Shown: in pieces, positions 38,007-45,386 of the stretch
Numbering within the stretch: the first letter of the stretch is position 1
Layout of the letters: the number at the start of each line of letters is the position of its first letter
NCBI GenBank assembly: GCA_023150835.1
Contig: JAKLKB010000112.1
Coordinates: forward strand, 1 to 59,005
From: Myxococcota bacterium
GTDB lineage: Bacteria > Myxococcota_C > UBA6777
DNA length: 59,005 nt
Direction of reading: 5' to 3'
Notes under the pieces: generated by a model
Told to the model about the DNA's origin: nothing
The model's input: only the letters and a program-made list of their open reading frames with translations
Database searches by the model: none
Program-made: the position numbers and the translations under genes

Positions 38007-38765
38007 TTAGCGGTTGGCTTTCGCGTTGCGTTGTCTTTTGACGTTGGCTTGGGTTTTGGCGTTTTGTTGGATGACGGTACCGCGTGCTCTATTTTTTGCG
38101 GTGCGTTGTTTTACGGAACGTTGTTTGGCGTTGCGTTGGTTGATGGCCTTTGTGGCGCGTTGTTTGGAGACGCGTTGAGCGGAACCTTTGGAGGCGCGTT
38201 GTTTGGCGATGCGTTGTGCGCTTTTGGCGTTGCGCTGTTTGGTGATGCGTTGGTTGGCGGTTTTGGAGCGGCGTTGCTTGGTGCGACGTTGGTTGGCGGT
38301 TTTGGAGCGGCGTTGTTTGGTGATGCGTTGGTTGGCGGCTTTGGCACGGCGTTGCTTCATGGAGCGTTGGTTGGCGGTTTTGGCACGGCGTTGCTTCATG
38401 GAGCGTTGGTTGGCGGTTTTGGCGCGACGTTGTTTGGCGATGCGCTGGCCGTTTTTGGAGGCGCTTTGTTTGAGGCCCTTGGCGCGGCGTTGTTTGGAGG
38501 CGCGTTGCGCTTTGTTTGCGGCGTTTGAGCGTTTGGCGTTGCGCTGTTTTTCGACGCGCTGTGCGGTGTTTATGTTGCGCCGTCGGGCCTCTTTGGCGCT
38601 GCGTTGTTTGGAGGTACGTTGTGCGGCTTTTGCGTTGGTTTGGTTGTTGCCTTTTGCTGCGCGTTGTTTGGCGCGGCGTTGCGTTGCGTTTTGGGCTTGT
38701 GCGGAAGCGGCAAGCAACACAGCAAGGAAAGCACTTGAGAGAAGGGAAAGCATGAACTTTTTCAC
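38007..38765 (-). CDS. Secreted, highly cationic Gln/Lys/Arg-rich repeat protein (QRxxKQRxxK)
   Basis: GTG at 38765 after AAAGGAG; signal peptide ending AQA-Q; about 13 QRxxKQRxxK units, many with 13-aa period. Confidence 0.8.
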   Translation of the reverse strand: MKKFMLSLLSSAFLAVLLAASAQAQNATQRRAKQRAAKGNNQTNAKAAQRTSKQRSAKEARRRNINTAQRVEKQRNAKRSNAANKAQRASKQRRAKGLKQSASKNGQRIAKQRRAKTANQRSMKQRRAKTANQRSMKQRRAKAANQRITKQRRSKTANQRRTKQRRSKTANQRITKQRNAKSAQRIAKQRASKGSAQRVSKQRATKAINQRNAKQRSVKQRTAKNRARGTVIQQNAKTQANVKRQRNAKANR

Positions 38766-38975
38766 GGAGGGCTCCTTTGGTTGAGGATCGGTCTTGACAT
38801 CTTTTCTCGGGGCGAGCCGAGAGAGTGGCGAAGTGAGCGGAAACACACGCATGGACGGACACAGCAACGAGCGACGATGCAAAGCGTGGATGCGTGGGAA
38901 ATCCTTGGGTGGAGAGACGCGAGGGCGTTTGGGTTTATTCACAACAAGATGCGGGTCGTTTTGTTGGGGTGGATT

Positions 38976-40392
38976 TTAGGGCTGAGTCGAGGGAGCGGTG
39001 GTCGGAGCGGATGTAGGGGACTCCGGCGAGTATTGGGTGTATGTCGGAAGGCCTTGTGAAGTCCATTGGGTCCAAAGCCCTTGGCGGGTGCCTTCGTGCC
39101 AAAGGCCGATGCTTTGGGGTTTTGCGTCGGGGTACCATGTTTGCCAAAGCCCATGAGGCGTGCCGCGTCTCCACGCTCCAAGAGAGCGGCGTGTTGCGTT
39201 GGGGTACCATGTTTCGCTGAGCCCTGAGAGTTCGTTGTTTCGATAATAGCCGCGAAACAGTAAGGTTCCTTGGGGGGACCATTCCTTCCAGATACCCGAG
39301 CGTTTGCCTTGTTGGTAGAAGGACTCTTTGGCGATTTGGCCGTTGGGATGCCACTCTTGCCATTGGCCCTGTTTTTTTCCTCGGTGCCAAGTGCCTTGTT
39401 CACGGGGGGTTCCGTCGGGATACCATGTTTCCCAAGGGCCATGCTTTTCGTTGTTGTGGTGGTGGGCCATCGCTTGGGGGGTTCCGTCGGGATACCAGAG
39501 TTGGCTGAGGCCGATTTGTTTGCCTTTGCGGAATCGGTAGACGGCTTTGGTGTTTCCGTTTGGCCAGTAATGGGTCCATACGCCGTCTGCATCGCCTTCA
39601 TCCCAGTGATCAATCGCTTTGCGTGTTCCGTTTGGGTACCAGTGAAGCCAGCGCCCGAATAACTGGCCGCCTTGCATGGAGCCTTGATCTTTTTTGTTTC
39701 CGTTGGGCCAGCGATGGGTCCACACGCCGTCAGCGTGGCCGTTCTTGTAAGCACCAACGGAAGCGAGTTTTTGGTTGGGATGCCATGTCTTCCAAGTGCC
39801 GGATGGAAGGCCGTGTTCGTAGTGCTGCACAGCTTTTGGGCCTCCATTGGGATACCAGATCCTCCATGTTCCGTGCTTGTGGTTGTGATGCCAAGGTCCG
39901 CGATATTGGAGGCGCCCGTTGGGGTACCATCGTGTTTCGACACCGTGTTTTTGGCCGTAGATGTAGGGAGTTTGTTGTTTGAATTGCCCGTTGGGGTACC
40001 AGATCTGCGTGAGCAGGTGTGGCTGTCCGTTGATGTAGTCGGTCATAACGCCATGAGGACTGCTCGGTGCGTTGACCGTTGGTGTTCCAGTTCTGCCAAC
40101 GCCCGTGGCGTTCTCCGTAGAACCAGTCGCCTTGTGTTCGGCTGCCGTCAGCGTGGCAAGTGACGAATACACCGTATTTTCGGTCATTTTGAAGAGAGGG
40201 AGTTTGAGGGATGCAGATGGCGGGACGAGAGGTGGGACGAGAGGTGGGACGAGAGGCGGGACGAGAGGCGGGACGAGAGGCGGGACGAGAGGCGGAACGG
40301 GAGGCGGGTGGTTGAGCATACGAAGGCCGAAGCTGGAGAGTGAAGAGAAAAACCAGCGAGAGGCCGAGTGCGAAATGAAGGCGCTGTTGCAA
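38976..40392 (-). pseudogene. Secreted MORN-variant (YwqK-like) repeat protein split by a frameshift near 40035-40050
   Basis: ORF 39730..40392 gives signal peptide, PASR repeats and the first MORN units; ORF 38976.. continues with about 13 'WYPNG....G.Y..G..HG' units in another frame. Confidence 0.75.
40218..40300 (-). repeat. 12-bp tandem repeat coding (S)RP(A/T)
   Basis: GGGACGAGAGG(C/T) x6. Confidence 0.85.
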
Positions 40393-40423
40393 GGTGATCC
40401 TCCGTCTGTGGGGCGTGTTGTTT

Positions 40424-40471
40424 CGGTGCTTGCCAAAACAAGCCCGCTCGCTTTAAGGGCGGGCTGTGGAC
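40424..40471 (-). mobile_element. Remnant of an IS200/IS605-type (omega-RNA 5') end hairpin
   Basis: GTCCACAGCCCGCCCTTAAAGCGAGCGGGCTTGTTTTGGCAAG aligns with GTCAACGACCCGCCCCGACATGGAGCGGGCTTGTTTCGGCAAG at 164-122. Confidence 0.7.
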
Positions 40472-41127
40472 GATGGTTTGTTGAGCAGAGCGGCGAGATG
40501 AGATTCGAGATGTTGGACGCGGGCTTCGAGATGAGCGATGCGGTCGCCGACGGCGCGTTCGAGATACTTGCCTGTGATATCGACTTCTAAGTTGGCGTAG
40601 TATCCGACGCCTTGGGAGCCGATCACGGTGGCGCTTTGGGTGTGCGGGATCAGCGTGACGGAAAAGGAGTCGTGTTGGGTGTGGACGACGGTTAGACTGG
40701 CTCCATCGACGGCGACATACCCTTTGGGGACGATGTAGCGCATCACCTCAAGGGGAGCGCGGAAGGTGTAGTTTTGGGCGTCTCCTTCGGGGGTTTTGTC
40801 GATGACTTCGATGGTGGTGTCTACGTGGCCTTGTACATAGTGCCCACCGACAGGGCGATCAGGGCGCAAGGCGCGTTCTAGATTGACGGGCGATCCGACG
40901 CGAAGTGTACTGAGGTTGCTGCGTTTGAGCGACTCGGGGACGACATCCACGCAAAAGGTGGAGGGGGTGAGGAAGATCACGGTGAGGCAAACGCCGTTGA
41001 CAGCGATGCTATCGCCGATTTGCGTTCCATCGAGTGCGCGGGCTGCGTCGATGGTCAAGCGGATGCCTGTATTTTGTGGTTCGATATGGCGGATAAATCC
41101 GAATTCTTCGACGATTCCACCGAACAT
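40453..41127 (-). CDS. ribE: Riboflavin synthase (alpha chain)
   Basis: MFGGIVEE, GDSIAVNGVCLTV, VNLERA, GGHYVQGHVD, KG.VAVDGASLTV, NLEVD..GKY. Confidence 0.96.
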   Translation of the reverse strand: MFGGIVEEFGFIRHIEPQNTGIRLTIDAARALDGTQIGDSIAVNGVCLTVIFLTPSTFCVDVVPESLKRSNLSTLRVGSPVNLERALRPDRPVGGHYVQGHVDTTIEVIDKTPEGDAQNYTFRAPLEVMRYIVPKGYVAVDGASLTVVHTQHDSFSVTLIPHTQSATVIGSQGVGYYANLEVDITGKYLERAVGDRIAHLEARVQHLESHLAALLNKPSSTARP

Positions 41128-41209
41128 GAAAAGGCTCCTTGATTTGGGATGGCTTGGTGTCGAGGGTGTGGGTGCGTGATAAGGGTGTTTGCAGAGGTAC
41201 CACAAGGAT

Positions 41210-41580
41210 ACGAAATCCGAGAAATGTGTGATCGCGTGACTGCCCTATTCTTGGGCAGTCACGGGGGGCTGCCCCCATAGGCGTTAGGTTAAGCGCTTGT
41301 TGGCCCCCCCACCCCAGCCCTCCCCCGTGAACAGGGGAGGGAGCGAAAGTCGGAAGCAGCGGGGATTTTGTTTTTTCATGACACACGCTGTATGCACGAC
41401 GCGCTGTATGCACGACGCGCAGACGCTGCCCGTTCCAACTTCCCCCCGTTCACGGGGGGATTGAGGGGGGGCGACAAAAGAAACGGCGATCATCCTCGAC
41501 CCTCCGGTGTTTCCACCTTAACCTAGCGCGTATGGGGGCTGCCCCTACGTTTTACGATCACGCAAGGGGCGGATTTTGTA
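41210..41580 (-). repeat. Family A MITE/REP copy interrupted by a second MITE
   Basis: Left half GGGCAGTCACGGGGGGCTG and right half CTGCCCCTACGTTTTACGATCACG..GGGCGGATT flank the insertion. Confidence 0.8.
41272..41538. mobile_element. 267-bp non-autonomous MITE with 22-bp TIRs and 3-bp (CTG) target duplication
   Basis: CCCCCATAGGCGTTAGGTTAAG ... CTTAACCTAGCGCGTATGGGGG (20/22 inverted match); CTG at 41269-41271 and 41539-41541. Confidence 0.8.
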
Positions 41581-41728
41581 GGGTTTGGGGGGGCGCTGGG
41601 TCCAATGCTCAAATATTTTTGAGGTGGTGTGGCCGCAGGAAGGTACAGTTCCGCCTCTACCCATTGCGCCTGATGCGGGTCGTTGGGCATCTCCGCACGA
41701 AGGCAAAGCCGTTGCGTGTCAACGGATG

Positions 41729-42409
41729 TTAAAGTGCGATGCTTTGGCCGGGATCGAGGATCACGACTTCACATTCGGGAGAGTGGGCGCTGACGGCTTT
41801 TCCAAAGGCGTTGGGATCTTGGACGATGTAGCCGAAGGTGTTGTAGTGGATGGGGAGGACGTAATGAGGTGAGAGAAATTCCACAGCACGAGCGGCATCT
41901 TGGATGCCCATCGTAAAATTGTCTCCGATCGGCAGGATGGCAAAGTCGAGTCCCTCTTCGCCGATCAGGGTCATATCTTTAAACAAAGCCGTATCTCCCG
42001 CGTGATAGATCACTTTTCCTTCGATGTAGAGCAGGAGGCCACAAGGAACACCACCGCTCGAACCGTCGGGCATGGTGGAACTGTGGTGAGCGATGGTCAT
42101 CTTGAGGCGGCCAAACGGGAAGGAGAAAGAACCACCGCAGTTCATGGGGTGGATCTTTTCGACACCGTTCTTTTGGGCGTACGTGGCGACTTCGTAGTTG
42201 CCGATCACGGTGGCTCCTGTGCGTTTGGCGATGGCTTCGGTATCTCCGTAGTGATCACCGTGTCCGTGGCTGAGCAGGATATAATCCGCGTGGATATCTG
42301 TCGCAGAGATCGGCGCGAGTGGATTGCCAGTCAAGAAGGGGTCGATCAGTAGGTGCGTTCCGTTGGTTTCGATCAGCACGCATGAGTGTCCGTAAAAGGT
42401 GATCTTCAC
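41729..42409 (-). CDS. Metal-dependent hydrolase, metallo-beta-lactamase fold (UPF0173-like)
   Basis: GTG after AAAGGAG; GHS, IDPFLTGNP, SHGHGDH, YHAGDT, LPIGDNFTMG, PIHYNTF. Confidence 0.93.
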   Translation of the reverse strand: MKITFYGHSCVLIETNGTHLLIDPFLTGNPLAPISATDIHADYILLSHGHGDHYGDTEAIAKRTGATVIGNYEVATYAQKNGVEKIHPMNCGGSFSFPFGRLKMTIAHHSSTMPDGSSGGVPCGLLLYIEGKVIYHAGDTALFKDMTLIGEEGLDFAILPIGDNFTMGIQDAARAVEFLSPHYVLPIHYNTFGYIVQDPNAFGKAVSAHSPECEVVILDPGQSIAL

Positions 42410-42728
42410 TAAAAAAGCTCCTTTGTCTTCGTGAGCCGCAGCCAAAGAGGTTCGCATGAAAAAGCACAGGCATGGGCCGTCGGGATGGTCTTCGCGGGAA
42501 GGCACGTTTTTTTTGCAATCGTTCGTGAACAAAGAGACCCACACAGCGGCGATCTGTTGCTCGCTTTGTGGGCGCATCCTATCACTCGTTGCATGGAAAG
42601 CAAAGAGGTTCGTTTGTTTTGTTTTTCAAAACACGAGTTTTTGGGATGGGGGGGAATTAATTCACGATGAATGTTTGGAGAGAGGGGAAGGTTTGAAGAG
42701 GAAGGGAAGAGAGCCAAGAGAGGGAGGC

Positions 42729-43103
42729 TTACCAACGATCGCGATCGCGACCGCCACCACCACCGTAGCCACCACCACCGCCGCCACCGTAGCCGCCACC
42801 GCCGCCACGACGATTGCCACCGCCGCCACCGCCACCGCCGCCACCGGAACGGGGGGGACGCTCGCGGGCTTCGTTGACGGTGATTTGACGGCCATCCAAT
42901 TGAGTGCCGTTGAGGCCGTCGATGGCCTTCATGGCATCGTCATCATTGGCGAAAGTCACAAAGCCAAAGCCACGGGAACGACCGGTTTCACGATCGGTAA
43001 TGACTTTCACTTCGTCGACTTGGCCGTATTCTTGGAAAGAGGCGAAGAGAGTGTCTTCGTTGGTTCCCCAGCTCAAACCACCGACATAGAGTTTTTTGGA
43101 CAT
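42729..43103 (-). CDS. RRM RNA-binding protein with Gly-rich tail
   Basis: KLYVGGL (RNP2), RSRGFGFV (RNP1), GGGGYGGGG tail. Confidence 0.96.
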   Translation of the reverse strand: MSKKLYVGGLSWGTNEDTLFASFQEYGQVDEVKVITDRETGRSRGFGFVTFANDDDAMKAIDGLNGTQLDGRQITVNEARERPPRSGGGGGGGGGGNRRGGGGGYGGGGGGGYGGGGGRDRDRW

Positions 43104-43376
43104 GGATACGAGACTCCTTACTTAGGCATTGCGTCGAGAATCTTTGTTCTAACGAGAGAGCAATGCAGATCCTGAAAAATCACAAACCAAGAAACGTAGT
43201 GCTAAGCGGGGCTCTCGTAGAAACATCAGAAACCATTCTAGAAAGAAGCTCGCATCAGACATCAGGGTATCTTTGGGGTTTGTGCCTGTGACCAAAACTT
43301 GATCACGGTTAAGGCATATAACACAGAAAGATCACAAGCGCAATGCTTTTCTTTGAAGTTGTTGTGATCGTGGGGT

Positions 43377-45194
43377 ATGAGTGGAGAAGCAAGGGTGAAG
43401 GAGATCGGCGAGCGCGTCAAGGAACAGAAAGGGGCAAAAAGGGTGCGAAGAAAGCTAGACAAACAACAAGTTGCGGAGATCTTTGCGGAGTGCGCGATGT
43501 TGTTGGAACTCAAGGGCGAGAATCCTTTTCGGATCCGATCTTTTGTGAACACAGCGCGCCAGTTGCGGGCGTTGGAGGGTGATGTGGGGGAGATGCTCGC
43601 GACGGGAGAGATCGCGCAGGTGAGCGGGATCGGAAAGGGGACGATCGAACGGTTGGAGGAGATCGCCAAAACAGGTACGTTGGCGGAGTATGAGGCATTA
43701 AAGCAAGCGTTTCCAGCGGGCCTTTTGGAGATGTTGAAGGTGCCGGGGTTGGGATCCAAAAAAGTGCGGGCGTTGTACGAGCGTTTGCAGATCAGCAGTT
43801 TGGGGGAATTGGAGTATGCTTGTCGAGAGAATCGTTTGTTGGCTTTGGAGGGATTTGGCGTAAAGACCCAAGAAAATATCTTAAAAGGGATCGATCACGT
43901 CAAGCGGTTTCAAGGCCGATTTTTGGTGAGTGTAGCGCGGCGTGTGGCGGAGCGTTTTTTGTTGGAGTTGCGCGGGTTGGTCGAAGTGGAGAGGGCGGAA
44001 GTTGCGGGGAGTTTGCGGCGTTGGAAAGAGACTGTCAAGGATGTGGATCTGGTGGTGGCGACTTGTGAGGCTACGAAAGTGATGGACTGGTTTGTGGGGC
44101 ATGAGTGGGTGGCCTCGGTGGTGGGGCATGGTCCGACCAAATCAAGTGTGGTGTTGGGCAATGGATTACAAGTGGATCTGCGGGCGGTTTCGCGAGAGCA
44201 ATACCCGTATGCGTTGATGCACTTTACGGGGAGCAAAGAACACAACACCGTGATGCGCGGAAGGGCGAAGGATCGGGGGATGAAGCTGAATGAGTACGGC
44301 CTGTTTCGGGGGGAAGAATTGGTGAGATGCGAAGACGAAGCGGCGATCTATCGTGCGTTGGATCTGTATGAGATCCCGCCGGAGATGCGAGAGGATCAGG
44401 GAGAGTTTGAGCGGGCTGTGGAGCCGTTGGCGACGTTGGTCACGCGGGAGTCGTTGCGTGGGGTGTTTCACGCGCATACTACAGAAAGCGATGGATCGGC
44501 GCGTTTGGAGGAGATGGCGGAGGCTTGTCGAGCCCGAGGTTGGTCTTACTTGGGAATAAGCGATCACAGCCAAAGTGCGCACTATGCGAATGGATTGACG
44601 GTGGAGCGCGTCTTGCGCCAACACGAAGAAGTGGAGGCGTTGAACCAGAAGTGGTCCGATTTTGTGATCTTGAAGGGGATCGAGTCGGATATCTTGGTGG
44701 ATGGGTCGTTGGATTATGGGGAGGATATCTTGGCGCGTTTCGATTTTGTGATCGCATCGGTACATAGCCATTTCAAGATGACAGAAGAGGCGATGACGGC
44801 TCGGATCATCAAAGCGATCGAGCATCCTGCCACAACGATGTTGGGCCATCCAACGGGGCGTTTGTTGTTGTCTCGTGAAGGCTACCCGTTGGAGATGACC
44901 CAGATCATCGACGCAGCGATCGCGCATGGTGTGATCATCGAGATGAACGCCAATCCTTATCGTTTGGATATCGATTGGCGATTTTTAGCGAAGGCGTGCG
45001 CACGTGGGTTGTTGGTAAGTATCAACCCAGATGCCCATAGCATCGAAGGTTTAGAGGATGTTGTATTTGGTGTAGGCAGCGCAAGGAAGGGGGGGTTGGT
45101 TCCTGCGCAGGTCTTCAATACATGGCCGCGAGAAGAAGTGCAGCGATGGTTGGTTGCGCGAAAAAGGCGCGCAATCGGCGAAGCGGACGCTTGA
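43377..45194 (+). CDS. polX: DNA polymerase X family / PHP 3'-5' exonuclease
   Basis: GENPFR, HhH motifs, AGSLRR.KETVKDVD, VDLR, HFTGSKEHN; PHP motifs HAHT..SDG, SDHS, GIESDI, GHPTGR, INPDAH. Confidence 0.95.
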   Translation: MSGEARVKEIGERVKEQKGAKRVRRKLDKQQVAEIFAECAMLLELKGENPFRIRSFVNTARQLRALEGDVGEMLATGEIAQVSGIGKGTIERLEEIAKTGTLAEYEALKQAFPAGLLEMLKVPGLGSKKVRALYERLQISSLGELEYACRENRLLALEGFGVKTQENILKGIDHVKRFQGRFLVSVARRVAERFLLELRGLVEVERAEVAGSLRRWKETVKDVDLVVATCEATKVMDWFVGHEWVASVVGHGPTKSSVVLGNGLQVDLRAVSREQYPYALMHFTGSKEHNTVMRGRAKDRGMKLNEYGLFRGEELVRCEDEAAIYRALDLYEIPPEMREDQGEFERAVEPLATLVTRESLRGVFHAHTTESDGSARLEEMAEACRARGWSYLGISDHSQSAHYANGLTVERVLRQHEEVEALNQKWSDFVILKGIESDILVDGSLDYGEDILARFDFVIASVHSHFKMTEEAMTARIIKAIEHPATTMLGHPTGRLLLSREGYPLEMTQIIDAAIAHGVIIEMNANPYRLDIDWRFLAKACARGLLVSINPDAHSIEGLEDVVFGVGSARKGGLVPAQVFNTWPREEVQRWLVARKRRAIGEADA

Positions 45195-45271
45195 GGCGGA
45201 TGGGCGGGATGTTGGGTTGGTTGGGGGAGTGGGTGCGTTGAGCGGATGTTTGAGGCGGATGGACGGGTGAT

Positions 45272-45385
45272 GCGAGATCCGCCCGTTGCGTGATCGTAAA
45301 ACGTAGGGGCAGACAGGTGTGGCTGCCCAACAATCGGGCGTCTACACACTATCCTACGGGAACACATCACTCGGATATCGTATGA
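45272..45385 (+). repeat. Full family A MITE/REP copy between convergent genes
   Basis: CGAGATCCGCCCG...GTAGGGGCAGACAGGTGTGGCTGCCC...CGGATATCGTA. Confidence 0.88.
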
Positions 45386-45386
45386 T

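Noticed and set aside
41116-41127. MFGG instead of the canonical MFTG N-terminus in riboflavin synthase as a sign of lost function
   Set aside because: All other motifs are intact; a single substitution is insufficient evidence
41128-41270. FMN riboswitch upstream of riboflavin synthase
   Set aside because: No RFN consensus seen; the region is occupied by REP/MITE sequence
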